A DNA stretch of 64,000 nucleotides from Thermoanaerobaculia bacterium (GCA_044226625.1 JBGAGQ010000027.1:1-64000), one strand, 5' to 3'; positions 1 to 13,870 are shown, numbered from the stretch's first letter. The notes: generated from the letters alone by a model not told the origin. Numbers and translations: made by a program.

Positions 1-34
1 CGCTCGGATCGAGCCGAAGGCGACTCCCCGGATC

Positions 35-520
35 GTGACAAACCGGTCTGAGGGGGCGTCCGGCGCAAGGTCGCGAACGCTCTCACGGTTCGTCGTCGCC
101 TCCGCCGCGGTCGCTGCGGGATGTGCGGCGATCGGCTGGTTGCCGACCGTGCGGCTGGCGGGAGAGGACGCCGGATCCGGGCTCGTCGCGGGTTGCGCGA
201 TCAGCTGGATCGCCGCGGTCGCCGGTGCGGTCGTTTTCGACCGCCTGGCGGGCGCGGAGGGATCAAAAATCCCTGGCGGGCTCGCCGAGCTGGCCAAGCT
301 CGGGTTGCGGTTCTTTACGGTGGTGGCGGCCGGTGCGGTGGGCGCGGTTCTCGCCCGACGCGGATTCTGGCCGCTGCGGCCGATGTTGGTGTGGATTGCT
401 TTGAGCTACCTGCCCCTTCTGGGGCTCGACATAGGTTTTACCTTCGGTCTTGACCTCCGAAGGGAGCGCGCCCAGGCCGCGACGGCTGGACGACCGCCCG
501 AGGAGACGGAGAATCGATGA
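35..520 (+). CDS. ATP synthase-associated membrane protein (AtpI-like)
   Basis: Four hydrophobic segments; stop overlaps the atpB start (ATGA); first position in the atp operon. Confidence 0.65.
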   Translation: MTNRSEGASGARSRTLSRFVVASAAVAAGCAAIGWLPTVRLAGEDAGSGLVAGCAISWIAAVAGAVVFDRLAGAEGSKIPGGLAELAKLGLRFFTVVAAGAVGAVLARRGFWPLRPMLVWIALSYLPLLGLDIGFTFGLDLRRERAQAATAGRPPEETENR

Positions 521-1458
521 GTGCGATGCCAATGACGATGATGATGCTGGCTTTCGCGGAAAATCCGCTCTCCCACATCGTCCAGCATCCGCTGGTGCAG
601 AAGCCGGCGAGCCTCGGGCCGCTCACGCCGCACGGCGTGATGACGGTGCTCTCCGATCAGATCGTGATGATGATCGCCGCCGGTCTGCTGTTGGTCCTGT
701 TCGTGCCCGCGTTCGTGGCGCGCAGGAAATCGAAGGACGCCCTCGGCTCCTTGGTCCCGACCGGCCCGGGCAACGCGATCGAAGCGATCTGCATCTACCT
801 CCGCGAAGAGGTCGCCCGCCCGAACCTGCAAGAGCACACCGACCGGTTCATCAAGTACCTTTGGACGGTCTTCTTCTTCATCCTGACGATGAACCTGCTC
901 GGCCTGCTGCCGGTCGCGTCGGTCTCGCAGCTGTTCCATGTCCATCTGGGCGGCACCCCCACCGGCAACATTTGGGTGACCGGATCCCTCGCGGTCTGCA
1001 CGCTGCTGATGATGGTGATCAACGGTCTGCGGCTCGGCGGCAAGCACTATCTCGCGCACTTTTCGCCCGGACCGATCTGGCTCGCGCCGCTCCTCGTGCC
1101 GCTGGAGCTGATCGGAGTCGTGGCGAAGACCTTCGCGCTCACCGTCCGTCTGTTCGCCAACATGCTCGCCGGCCACGTTCTGCTCGCCGTGCTGCTTGGC
1201 TTCATCGTGAACGCGATGGCGAAGATGGGCGCCGCGGGGCTCGGGATCGCGATTCCGGCGGTCGCGGGCTCGGTCGCGATCAACCTCCTGGAGGTGTTCG
1301 TCGCCTTCCTCCAGGCGTTCATCTTCACCTTCTTGACCGCGCTCTTCATCGGCCAGTCGGTGGTCTTCCATCATGGCGACCACGGGGACGAGCACGGTTC
1401 CGAAGCCCACGGCGATCCTGGCGATCACCGGCATGGCCACGCGGCCGGGGCGCACTGA
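517..1458 (+). CDS. atpB: F0 ATP synthase subunit a
   Basis: TPTGNI motif, ALTVRLFANMLAGH with the essential Arg, LEVFVAFLQAFIF; His-rich C-terminal tail. Confidence 0.97.
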   Translation: MSAMPMTMMMLAFAENPLSHIVQHPLVQKPASLGPLTPHGVMTVLSDQIVMMIAAGLLLVLFVPAFVARRKSKDALGSLVPTGPGNAIEAICIYLREEVARPNLQEHTDRFIKYLWTVFFFILTMNLLGLLPVASVSQLFHVHLGGTPTGNIWVTGSLAVCTLLMMVINGLRLGGKHYLAHFSPGPIWLAPLLVPLELIGVVAKTFALTVRLFANMLAGHVLLAVLLGFIVNAMAKMGAAGLGIAIPAVAGSVAINLLEVFVAFLQAFIFTFLTALFIGQSVVFHHGDHGDEHGSEAHGDPGDHRHGHAAGAH

Positions 1459-1482
1459 ATCGAACATTCGGCAGCTCTCTAG

Positions 1483-1896
<414 letters not shown>

Positions 1897-1917
1897 GCCG
1901 TCCGATTCGAGCGCTCC

Positions 1918-1947
1918 GGGGCCGGCCGCAACCACGGCCGGTCCCCG
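1918..1947 (+). other. GC-rich intergenic hairpin after atpE (possible mRNA stabiliser)
   Basis: ggggccggccg-caaccac-ggccggtcccc inverted repeat with no U-tract. Confidence 0.45.
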
Positions 1948-2026
1948 GTGAATCCACGCGGAGATGCCCCCGTTCAGGTAGGCGAGGGTGATGCTCACGC
2001 CATTCAAAGAGTCGAGGGTCGAGTCG

Positions 2027-2656
2027 ATGTTTCGAAAGTCGCTTTTGCGAAAGACAAGCCTTCTCGTGGCCCTGTGCCTCCTGTTCGCCGGCGGGCTGAT
2101 GCCCCTATTGGCCCAGGAGGGTCACGGCGAAGGCGGCGCGGTCAACCCGTTCTCCGGTGACGTGGGCAACGCGATTTGGACCGTCCTGATCTTCGCCCTC
2201 GTCCTGTTCGTCCTCGGCAAGTACGCCTGGGGGCCGATCTTGTCGGGGCTCCAGCAGCGCGAGAGCTTCATCCGTGAGGCGCTCGAAAAGGCCGACCGGG
2301 ACCGCAAGGAGGCGGCGGAGAAGCTCCAGGCGTATGTCGACAAGATCAACGCCGCGCGCGCCGAGGCCTCGTCGATCGTCGAGGAAGGCAAGCGCGACGC
2401 CGACGCCCTCAAGCGGAAGATCGAGGACGACGCCAAGGCCGAGGCGCAGGCGATCATCGCCCGCGGCAAGCGCGAGATCGAGATCGCGACCGACACCGCG
2501 ATCAAGGATCTCTACGCCAAGAGCACCCGTCTCGCCACCGAGATCGCCTCCGGCATCCTCGGCCGCGAGATCCAGGCCAAAGACCACGAAGCCCTCGTCG
2601 CCGACACGATCGCCCGCCTGAACGCCGGCGGATCGCGCGGTTCGGCCGCGAACTAG
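2027..2656 (+). CDS. atpF: F0 ATP synthase subunit b
   Basis: TM helix followed by KYAWGPILSGLQQRE and a long charged coiled coil; operon position. Confidence 0.95.
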   Translation: MFRKSLLRKTSLLVALCLLFAGGLMPLLAQEGHGEGGAVNPFSGDVGNAIWTVLIFALVLFVLGKYAWGPILSGLQQRESFIREALEKADRDRKEAAEKLQAYVDKINAARAEASSIVEEGKRDADALKRKIEDDAKAEAQAIIARGKREIEIATDTAIKDLYAKSTRLATEIASGILGREIQAKDHEALVADTIARLNAGGSRGSAAN

Positions 2657-2683
2657 CCGCGAACTGGAGCCCGGGACCTTGCC

Positions 2684-3292
2684 ATGAGCCAGGGAATCGA
2701 CAACGACACGCGCGCCTTGGGTCGCCTTTACGGCCGGGCGCTGCTCGACGCCGCGAACCAGACCGGACCGGCGGAAGCCGAGCAGCTTGCCAGCGAGCTC
2801 GCCGACCTCGGCGCGCTGCTCGAGCGCGAGCGCGACTTTTCGGCCTGGCTCGCGAGCCCTTCGGTCGACGCCAAGGAAAAGACCGCCGCGATAGAGAAGC
2901 TGTTCCGCGGCCGCGCGAGCGATCTGCTGACCGACGCCCTGCAGGTGATCGGCCGCAAAGGGCGCCTCGCGGCGCTCGCCGGCATCGTCGCGGGCTACCA
3001 GGCGGAATACCGCGACGCCCGCGGCATCCTCTCCGCGACGGTCGAGACCGCGCGCCCGCTCTCGGCGGCGCAGAAGTCCGACCTCTCCGCGGCGATCGGC
3101 GCCTACACGGGCAAGACCATCGAAATCAACGAACGCGTCAATCCGACCCTGCTCGGCGGCATCGTGGTCCACGCCGGCGACGAGCGGATCGACGGCACCG
3201 CCGCCTCGGCCCTTGCCCGCTTCAGCGCCCGTCTCGACGCGCGCGCCGCGAGCGAGATCGTCTCCGGCTCGTCCTACGTGGAAGCGACATAA
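2684..3292 (+). CDS. atpH: F1 ATP synthase subunit delta
   Basis: RLYGRAL N-terminus; VNPTLLGGIVVHAGDERIDG C-terminal motif. Confidence 0.93.
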   Translation: MSQGIDNDTRALGRLYGRALLDAANQTGPAEAEQLASELADLGALLERERDFSAWLASPSVDAKEKTAAIEKLFRGRASDLLTDALQVIGRKGRLAALAGIVAGYQAEYRDARGILSATVETARPLSAAQKSDLSAAIGAYTGKTIEINERVNPTLLGGIVVHAGDERIDGTAASALARFSARLDARAASEIVSGSSYVEAT

Positions 3293-3376
3293 CCAGTCCG
3301 AAGGATTGATTCGGTAAAACTGCATCCGAGAAACTGACCGGCTCGGCCCTCGAGGCCGCGTTTGAGGAAGAACCAG

Positions 3377-5125
<1,749 letters not shown>

Positions 5126-5158
5126 AGCCGTCGGACCTCTAGAGCCCAGGAAAGACCC

Positions 5159-6058
5159 ATGGCGAACCGGCGAGTCCTCGTCAAACGGCGCAAGTCGATC
5201 CGCAACATCCGCAAGATCACGCGGACGATGCAGCTGATCGCGACCGCGCGTTTCCAGGCGGCCTACAACCGTGCCGTCGCGACCAAGCCGTACAACGAGA
5301 AGCTCGCCGAGCTGGTGGCGGACCTCTCCGCGGCGGCCGCCGCCTCGGGCGGTGTCGAGCACCCGCTGCTCAAGGAAAACGACGCCGGCAAGACGGCCCT
5401 TGTCGCGATCACCAGCACCCGCGGCCTCTGCGGCGGCTACAACGCGAACGTGCTGAGGGTCGCCCTGGAGCACCTCGAATCCGAGGAGAAGCTCGGTCAC
5501 GCGGTCGACGTCCACATGTCGGGCAAGAAGGGGATCAGCTACTTCCGCTTCTTGAAGCGCCCGATGCTCGAGCAGATCACGAGCGTCGGCGACGTCCCGC
5601 GCTTCGAGCAGGTCGAGCCGATCGCGAACGCCCTGATGGAAAGCTTCATCAAGGGTGAGATCAGCGCGGCCTACGTCGCCTACATGAAGTTCGTCTCGAC
5701 CGGCACGCAGCGCCCTGTGGTCGTCCAGCTCCTGCCGCTCGCGCGGAAGGCCGCGGCCACGGATGGCGAAGCCGGGTTGTCCTCACCTGGAGCCCCTACC
5801 GGCCAGGTCGAGTTTTCCCCCGAGCCGAAGAAGTTGCTCGATAGCCTCTTGCCCGCCTCGGTTCGCGTCCAGCTGTTCCAGGCCTTCACCGACGCCGTGG
5901 TCTCCGAGCAGGTCGCCCGGATGGTCGCGATGAAGGCGGCCACCGACGCGGCCGGCGACATGATCAAATCTTTGACCCGCGAATACAACCGCGCCCGCCA
6001 GACCGCGATCACCATGGAGCTGCTCGACATCGTCGGCGGCGCCAACGCGCTCGCTTGA
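5159..6058 (+). CDS. atpG: F1 ATP synthase subunit gamma
   Basis: KITRTMQLIA, RGLCGGYN, YNRARQTAITMELLDIVGGA. Confidence 0.97.
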   Translation: MANRRVLVKRRKSIRNIRKITRTMQLIATARFQAAYNRAVATKPYNEKLAELVADLSAAAAASGGVEHPLLKENDAGKTALVAITSTRGLCGGYNANVLRVALEHLESEEKLGHAVDVHMSGKKGISYFRFLKRPMLEQITSVGDVPRFEQVEPIANALMESFIKGEISAAYVAYMKFVSTGTQRPVVVQLLPLARKAAATDGEAGLSSPGAPTGQVEFSPEPKKLLDSLLPASVRVQLFQAFTDAVVSEQVARMVAMKAATDAAGDMIKSLTREYNRARQTAITMELLDIVGGANALA

Positions 6059-6063
6059 CGCGA

Positions 6064-6115
6064 GCGAATGGCGAATGGCGAATCTAGAATCAGGAATGGC
6101 GATGCGGAATGGCGA
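6064..6115. repeat. Heptamer (GAATGGC/GAATCTA-like) tandem repeat; left arm of an inverted repeat
   Basis: gcgaatg gcgaatg gcgaatc tagaatc aggaatg gcgatgc; 6073-6092 matches the reverse complement of 6472-6491 at 19/20. Confidence 0.85.
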
Positions 6116-6471
6116 TCTGGGACATTTGGGAACGAAGTTTTCAGTTCGCGGTGCGCATCGTGAAGCTCGTCAACGGCATGGGCAATACCGTTGCGGGTGC
6201 TGTCGTCGCCCGTCAGGTCATGCGGGCAGGAACGAGTGTCGGAGCCAACGTCGAAGAGGCGCAAGGTTCTCCATCGAAGAAGGATTTCACTCGTCGTCTC
6301 AACATCGCTCGCGGCGAAGCGCGGGAAGTGCTTTACTGGCTTCGGCTGGCCAAAGCGTCGGAGCTCGTCTCCGGCGGCGAGGTCGAGGAGCTGAGAGCGG
6401 AAGCGGACGAATTGGTACGAATCTTAACGGCGATCGTGAAGCGATCCAGGGCAGAAGAGCCCAGTCCTTCG

Positions 6472-6474
<3 letters not shown>
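6109..6474 (+). CDS. Four-helix bundle protein (23S rRNA IVS protein-like, TIGR02436 family)
   Basis: Family signature QVMRAGTSVGANVEEAQGSPSKKDF...IARGEARE..YWL; 121 aa. Confidence 0.92.
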
Positions 6475-7956
<1,482 letters not shown>

Positions 7957-7961
7957 GAGGC

Positions 7962-8044
7962 AATGACGAATGGCGAATCAAGAATCTAGGATTTGAAGAG
8001 CCTTCAATTCTAGATTCGCTTCACCCGACTCGCCATTCGACATT
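7962..8044. repeat. ORF-less long hairpin built from the same GAATGGC/GAATCTA heptamers
   Basis: aatgacgaatggcgaatcaagaatctaggatttgaag pairs imperfectly with cttcaattctagattc...gactcgccattcgacatt. Confidence 0.8.
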
Positions 8045-8062
8045 CGCGACGAAGGAGCGCAC

Positions 8063-8455
8063 ATGGCCGTAACCTTTCACCTGAGCGTCATCACCCCCGA
8101 GCGCGCCGTCCTCGAAACCGAGGCCACGGCCGTCGTCTTCCCCGCCTGGGACGGCGAAGTGGGCGTGCTCCCCCAGCGCGCACCCTTCCTCTTCGAGATG
8201 GGCATCGGAGAGCTCCGCGTAGACTCCCCCGAAGGCAAGCACCGCTTGTTCGTCGACGGAGGCTTCGCCCAGATGGTGGGGGAGAAGCTGACGCTGTTGA
8301 CGGAGCAGGCGAAGCCTTTGGATGAGCTGGACCGGCAAAAGGCCGAGGCGGCGTTGGTGGCGGCACGAGAGATGCCGATGCTGACGGAGGCGGACTTTGA
8401 GGGGCGGCAGAAGGCGATTGCCCGGGCGGAGGTTCAGAAGCAGCTAGCGAATTGA
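8063..8455 (+). CDS. atpC: F1 ATP synthase subunit epsilon
   Basis: VITPER, GEVGVLPQRAP, VDGGFAQM; AAGGAG RBS. Confidence 0.95.
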   Translation: MAVTFHLSVITPERAVLETEATAVVFPAWDGEVGVLPQRAPFLFEMGIGELRVDSPEGKHRLFVDGGFAQMVGEKLTLLTEQAKPLDELDRQKAEAALVAAREMPMLTEADFEGRQKAIARAEVQKQLAN

Positions 8456-8666
8456 GCACCGCTGCGGCGGGAGCCGCTTACGGGAGCGGTACGCGCTATC
8501 TTTCTCCAACGGGGCCGGTTTATCCCTGTTTGAGTGGGGGGCGAAACTGGCTCAGCACCTGACTTAGAGCCCGACCCCTTGAAGCCCGTTCTCGTCCAGA
8601 CGACGATTGAGAGCTTCTACCACCATGCGCGATAAATTCCGCGTTGGCAGGTGGAAAGGAGGCTTT

Positions 8667-9389
8667 ATGAAGATCAGTTCGAGCTTTCCTCCAGCTGAAC
8701 TGTCGAAGGCGTCCATGGCGTGGCTTGTGTTTGGTCTCATTCGTTCCCTCTTGGCGCCCTTGCTTCTCCTCGTAGCGGTGGCGTCAGTTCATTTCCTCTC
8801 TGCCTGCGGCGTGATTCCGTCTACTGTCGTGCTCAGTAGCTTTGTCGAGCGCCTCTTTGTTCAATATGGTCTTCCACTAGTTGGAGTCTGCTCCTTCATA
8901 GAAAATATTGCAGGCATCAACGTCTATTTTCCTGGATCGGTAGCAATCCTCACCGGCATGGCGCTTACCTCAGGAAATCCTGCGCGAGCGCTTGCGACTT
9001 ACCTGGCGATCGTCTTTCCGGCTGCATTGGCGAATCAGCTTAACTATCTAGCCGGAAGGTTCGTGGGAAAAATCCCGAAGGTTCCTCGAGATTCGAAAGC
9101 TTTACGACTCTGGTACATTGCGACGTATTGGCATCCACATCTAGCTGCAACGACGGCGTTTGCAAGCGGCGCACAGGGCGTTCCGTATCAGCAGTACTGC
9201 AAATACCTTGTCATCGCCTCGCTCTTTTGGAGCTCGTTCTGGGCACTGCTCATTTACTACTTTGGTGCCTTTGTCGGAGTCGGTGAAAACCTCTTACCGT
9301 TCAGCTATGGCTATATTATCCTCTGGTTAGGTTGGGAAATTTGGAAGCTCCGGAGAGGCTTTCGTAGCTCGCAGCACTCTGACAGATAG
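8667..9389 (+). CDS. DedA-like membrane protein
   Basis: FIEN...VYFPGS motif, NYLAGR, AFASGAQGVPY, several TM segments; AAGGAGG RBS. Confidence 0.65.
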   Translation: MKISSSFPPAELSKASMAWLVFGLIRSLLAPLLLLVAVASVHFLSACGVIPSTVVLSSFVERLFVQYGLPLVGVCSFIENIAGINVYFPGSVAILTGMALTSGNPARALATYLAIVFPAALANQLNYLAGRFVGKIPKVPRDSKALRLWYIATYWHPHLAATTAFASGAQGVPYQQYCKYLVIASLFWSSFWALLIYYFGAFVGVGENLLPFSYGYIILWLGWEIWKLRRGFRSSQHSDR

Positions 9390-10054
9390 GTTGCCTTTTT
9401 TACTGCCGCCTCTGTGACCCTTGCAAGAATTGAGTCCCGCAGAAGGAAAGGAGCTAATCTCGATTGTGTAAGAGCAACGCCTTCACGGAGGAACTCCAAG
9501 GATCTTGTCGAGGAAAGACAGTTTTTGTCACCACTCTTGGAATCCGATTCGAAATCCAGCAAATCATCGATAAGTTGCAGGGTTCTGCCTAGATCATGTA
9601 TGCTATATTCTTCTGCAGTCACCTGCTCTATTCCCATCATAGCGATCACAAAACGAAATGCCACGACGCCTCGCTCAAGTCCGTCTTCGGAAAGCTCTCG
9701 CCGCATTTCAGCGTCGTAGAGTGATTGAGCAAGGCAGGATAGGCGCTGTGTTGTGTAGCGCGCCAGTAGCCCGCTGAATACTCGCCCCCGAATAGGATCG
9801 AAGTGTCGCCAATCCGTGACTACATCGTAGGCACTGCAAAGAAAAGCCGCCGTTCCAGCGCCGATTGCCTGATTAAAGTCAAACCCATTCCTGAATGCAG
9901 AGTAGCAAAGCGATAGGTTTGCTGACTTCAGAAAGAATCGAGTCCACTCTCTCGGTTTAACTCCTAAGACTGCCCACCAGCGCGAACTGAGTACCACGGC
10001 TCGGGAAACAGCCGTGAGTCTGAAAATCAATAAGCGCACTCGAGTGGTCTTCAT
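9311..10054 (-). CDS. Class I isoprenoid synthase-fold protein (terpene synthase/prenyltransferase-like)
   Basis: YDVVTD and G..LQLIDDLLD...D..SGDKN aspartate-rich motifs; start overlaps the UbiA stop. Confidence 0.6.
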   Translation of the reverse strand: MKTTRVRLLIFRLTAVSRAVVLSSRWWAVLGVKPREWTRFFLKSANLSLCYSAFRNGFDFNQAIGAGTAAFLCSAYDVVTDWRHFDPIRGRVFSGLLARYTTQRLSCLAQSLYDAEMRRELSEDGLERGVVAFRFVIAMMGIEQVTAEEYSIHDLGRTLQLIDDLLDFESDSKSGDKNCLSSTRSLEFLREGVALTQSRLAPFLLRDSILARVTEAAVKKATYLSECCELRKPLRSFQISQPNQRII

Positions 10055-10902
10055 GAAAGGAAGGTTAAATAGAGCAGGAGTGGTGCAATCAACATCGCCA
10101 GGCGCGAAGCGGAAATAAATTGCGCAAGAGCACTTCTGTCTCCGTTCTTAATGAGGCACAAGGCTGCAGGAAAAATGTTCAGCGATAAAAAGGCAATCAA
10201 AGCTATCCAAGAATAAAGAAGCGGGAGGTTAGTTCTGTTAACAGTCGACTGGACAAATACCAGGGCCAGACCGCCTGCTAATGCGAGAAAAACAACCAAA
10301 AGAAGGGCGATTCGCGAACCGAAGACCGTGGGGAAGGTTGCACGTTCTCCGAGGCGATCTCCCTCGCGGTCCTTGATGTCTAATACCACTTCTCTCGCAA
10401 AGTAGAACACATAAAAGGCTGACACCGCGACCCAGAACAGCTGTGGCCTTGGGGGCCCCCAAAGAACAACTGGCAACCAGATAGGAGAAATTCCGACAAA
10501 TGCGGACATGAGAGTCGCGAGGAACAGTACCCTTCTAAGTGCAAAGGTGTATGTTGCAAGGCAACCCATCAAGGTCGCGAGGAGCCAAATTGCTTGGCGA
10601 CCTACGAATGCACCGCATAGGAGCGAGAGTATCGCTGTCACTCCCACAAGGCCCAGGGCCAGCCGAAGTTCGGCTGGCGAGGCCGACTCAAGCCTGTGCG
10701 CGCCATTGTCCCTATCGATCTGTCTATCGAACAAATCGTTGAGCAAAAAGCCATTAGAAGCGAGAAGCGATAAACCAATTCCCAGGATTAGACCCTCGAG
10801 CCATTCATCGGTTATGCCATATGTAATTAACGCCGTGTTTAGGGTGATCGCTGGCCAAAGATAGAGCCTGCAGCTCCTTAGTGCTGTCATCGCGCTAGTC
10901 AT
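10051..10902 (-). CDS. UbiA family prenyltransferase (DGGGP synthase-like motifs)
   Basis: NDLFDRQIDRDN and REVVLDIKDREGD..G..TFP..FG motifs; multiple TM helices. Confidence 0.85.
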   Translation of the reverse strand: MTSAMTALRSCRLYLWPAITLNTALITYGITDEWLEGLILGIGLSLLASNGFLLNDLFDRQIDRDNGAHRLESASPAELRLALGLVGVTAILSLLCGAFVGRQAIWLLATLMGCLATYTFALRRVLFLATLMSAFVGISPIWLPVVLWGPPRPQLFWVAVSAFYVFYFAREVVLDIKDREGDRLGERATFPTVFGSRIALLLVVFLALAGGLALVFVQSTVNRTNLPLLYSWIALIAFLSLNIFPAALCLIKNGDRSALAQFISASRLAMLIAPLLLYLTFLS

Positions 10903-11785
10903 TAACCAGTCCCCTTCTTTTTGACGCGAGTTGCATTAAGCCTTCTCGAAATGCACTGAAGGCCATGTCCATTTTGGGGGGGGCGCCCCCATGAGAAATG
11001 AAGCTTGCACTTCTCTGAAAGATTGCTGTAGCAGCGATGACCACGCTTACTGCAGCGCCTGCGTTGATGAAAAGATGCAGCGTCTGACTCAATTTAGGTG
11101 GCAGCCATAGAAAAAAATCAAAGAGTGATAGGAGAGCGCCTAGTGCGAAGAGGCCGACAGCTGCCAGCATTGTTCGATAGCCTGCTCGCCAACTGGAAAG
11201 AGGCTCCGTCAATAACTCGTTGTATAGCAACGTAAAGTCTTTGAAAGGTTGAGAATCTTCTCGGCCAGCTGATTCACCTGGGCCTCCAGCGTATTGGTAA
11301 CACCATCTGCGAAGGGCGTAGTTCTCCAAGACCTGGCGCACTCTCGCAACCAGGAGGAGAGAGCTAAGCGTTACGGGAAGTAGGACAGGGTACAGCATAG
11401 CGAAACCGAAAAGGATTGCTTGGAGTAGCGCGATTAGGAAGTCCCAACTAAGGCGGTATAAAGGCAGGTGGGGCATGGTTAAAATGCTGACGTTGTAAGA
11501 AATGTAGAGACTGGCAGTGAGGTAGGAGAAAGCTACCGAAATGAGGAGGAAATTCAAGGTTTCCGGATTCAGCAGGTCCAGCAGGGGAGATATCGGAGAA
11601 GGGGAAGCAGCAGCAGCCTCGACACTTGTTGATACATGGCCCACAAAAGCGGAAGCAAAGCCAACGAATCCAAGGACGTATGCCGCTAGTAGGCTACCAA
11701 ACATCAGCTCAGATAGGCGGTAAACAATAGACTGCCTCGCCTCCTCGTGATATTGAGATGGTGCTAAAAGCTCTGACGCCTTCAT
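10895..11785 (-). CDS. Hypothetical polytopic membrane protein
   Basis: About six TM segments; AAAGGAGG RBS; overlaps the UbiA start (co-transcribed). Confidence 0.7.
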   Translation of the reverse strand: MKASELLAPSQYHEEARQSIVYRLSELMFGSLLAAYVLGFVGFASAFVGHVSTSVEAAAASPSPISPLLDLLNPETLNFLLISVAFSYLTASLYISYNVSILTMPHLPLYRLSWDFLIALLQAILFGFAMLYPVLLPVTLSSLLLVARVRQVLENYALRRWCYQYAGGPGESAGREDSQPFKDFTLLYNELLTEPLSSWRAGYRTMLAAVGLFALGALLSLFDFFLWLPPKLSQTLHLFINAGAAVSVVIAATAIFQRSASFISHGGAPPKMDMAFSAFREGLMQLASKRRGLVND

Positions 11786-12176
11786 CTGTTGCCTCCTTTC
11801 TCAAGGTCTATCGAATTCCGAAGGTTTGACGGTTCTAGCCGCTTCCCCCTTTGTAGCGGTTGGTGAAAAGAGCCCTTAGGATCGAGATTCCCAGCCAACT
11901 TTAGGTCCAAAATCCCCGCTGACCTGGCTGACGGTCGATCATTAGTGTAGTCCGAAGTCCCGGTGTGGAGGAAGTGCACCCTAAGAAACACCAGAGGAGC
12001 ATGCATATTGGACGCTCACAGATCCTTGGGAGTCCAGCCGGGTCGGTTTGAGCGGTCTGATCTTGCAGGATGGGCCTGCAAAAACGGTCGTTCTGGCGAT
12101 CTCACGAATCGACAGCCGCGTGGAGGGTTCTCCGAGCCGGGAGCCGCTGATGGCCCATTTTAGGGAGCAGGTCGTG

Positions 12177-12227
12177 GATCTGGCTTAGGAGTTCCTGGGC
12201 CGCCGGGACTTGGCCGATCAAACGGCT
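12177..12227 (-). pseudogene. Remnant of the 16827-17243 gene family (LIGQVPAAQELLSQI)
   Basis: DNA closely matches 17136-17185 with a few substitutions and a 1-nt indel. Confidence 0.7.
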
Positions 12228-12319
12228 AGGTGCAGGCGGCAACGCCCCAGGGTTCGCTCCAAGTAGGGCGCGGTTCGCTGATGAGATCGGTGGCGCCCTC
12301 AGACGAACCGCCACCGGCC

Positions 12320-12685
12320 TCAGCCCTTCGCCTCGCCCTCGGCCTTCTCCGGCGCCTTCCGCCTCCGCCGGCTCCAGTCCTCCGAGCGGACTCCAAACTT
12401 CTCGAGAGCAGGATTGTCGAAGCCGAGATGCCCGCGGGCCACCGAGGCGAGGCGTCGGATGGCCCGTCGGGTCTCTTGGGCGAGCTGGCGTCGGCGAGCA
12501 ACGAGCTCCCTTCGTTGACCTTCCAGCATCTGGAGAGCGTTCTGAGTCGCAAGAAGGTCGGCCACCTTTTGCTGTGCGTCGGCGAACGGCCCGTCGGCTT
12601 CCGGGATGTCGGGAAGGGACGCTTGGATGTTCTGGGTCATGCTCTGCCACAGATCCAACATGCCCGCGTAGGAGCGATCTTTCAT
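12320..12685 (-). CDS. Small helical hypothetical protein (paralog of 16827-17243)
   Basis: 121 aa from MKDRSY; LG.DNPALEKFGVR motif and basic tail; aligns without gaps to the paralog. Confidence 0.8.
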   Translation of the reverse strand: MKDRSYAGMLDLWQSMTQNIQASLPDIPEADGPFADAQQKVADLLATQNALQMLEGQRRELVARRRQLAQETRRAIRRLASVARGHLGFDNPALEKFGVRSEDWSRRRRKAPEKAEGEAKG

Positions 12686-12815
12686 GGCGACCCCCGAATC
12701 GACGGCGGCGAGGAGCGTTTCCCGGGCCGACGTCACCTGGCGGGAACTATACGGGGGCGCCGGCCGTTGAGGAACCGGTTCGCTGGATCTTGAGACCCAT
12801 TCGTCGGCTCGCGTC

Positions 12816-13277
12816 GGCGGTGCTCCGGCCGGGCGCGGGAAGCTCGAGCCCCGGCCCACCGGCGCTCCGGCTGGGCGCACCGGTGTTGAGATCGAGCGGA
12901 CCGGTGCTCTGGCCCGGCGCACCGATGGCGAGATCCGTCTGACGGGTGCGCTCGCCCGGCGCAACGGTGGCGCGGTCCAGCTCGGTGGTGGTGAGATTCA
13001 GCTCACTTCTGCGCCGGCGCAGCGCATCGGTGGCGCGGTCCGGCTCAGTGGTGGTGAGATCCAGCGTACTGGTGCGCTGGCCCGGCGCACGGGTGGTACG
13101 GACCGTTGGACCGGTGCGCTGGCCCAGCGCACGAGTGGCACGGTCCAGCTCACCGGTTCTCGGGTCGAGCGAACAGGTGACACGGCCCAAACCACCGGTG
13201 CTTCGGGCCGGCGCACCGGTGACGGCGGTCCGATGACCGGTGCTCCGACCGGGCGCACAGGGGTGGAGGCCAGCCCG
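12816..13277. repeat. Degenerate 21-bp-period tandem array (~22 units)
   Basis: Units such as accggtgctctggcccggcgc, accggtgttgagatcgagcgg and actggtgcgctggcccggcgc in strict 21-nt register. Confidence 0.85.
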
Positions 13278-13465
13278 TCGGAGTTCCCGCCCGGCAAACC
13301 GGTCATCTCCTTCGGAACACTTGCCTCGCCGTCCCGCGGATCGCCTTTCGGGCTCTGCCGAGAGGTGATCGGCTCGCGGCCAGCGCCGTGCAGGGGCCCG
13401 GGGGCGAGAGGCGAGAGCGTCGTGTCGCCGCTGCCGTTCGTGCCCGCTACGACCGGTTCGGCGCG

Positions 13466-13870
13466 TCAGGCACCAGAATTAGGGTGAGGCAGGGCGCCCA
13501 CTTTCAGCTCGTCGATCCCGGTAAAGTCGCCCGGATTTACCGTGTATAGCGGTAGGTCGTTCGCAAGAGGCGTCGCGGCGATCAGGGCGTCGTATGCGCG
13601 GGCGGCGGGTTTACGCCCAGCTCGTCGAAGAGAAGCGGCAATACGGCCGAAAGTCCAAGCCGCTGGGGCGTCGAAGGCCAGAGGTGCGAAGTCCGCCTTG
13701 GCTTGCTGGACCACTGCCATCCTCCGACCGCGCTCGATCTCGGTCGTTGCGACGAGGGGACCTACGCTCAGCTCAGCAAGCGTGATGGCGGAGATCTGCG
13801 GAACCTCGGCAGCAGCCTTGGATCCGCAAAGCGGTAGAGAAGGATCACCGTGCTCGTGTCGAGCAGGCTG
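13466..13870 (-). pseudogene. vapC: PIN-domain (VapC) toxin pseudogene
   Basis: LLDTSTVI / ISAITLAELSVG / YDALIAAT...LYTVNPGDF motifs spread over different frames (two frameshifts). Confidence 0.8.

Larger units (their letters stand above)
8460..12150. mobile_element. Low-GC horizontally acquired island (no mobility gene seen)
   Basis: Visibly more A/T-rich than the flanks, with AT-ending codons; begins right after atpC; boundaries approximate. Confidence 0.7.
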
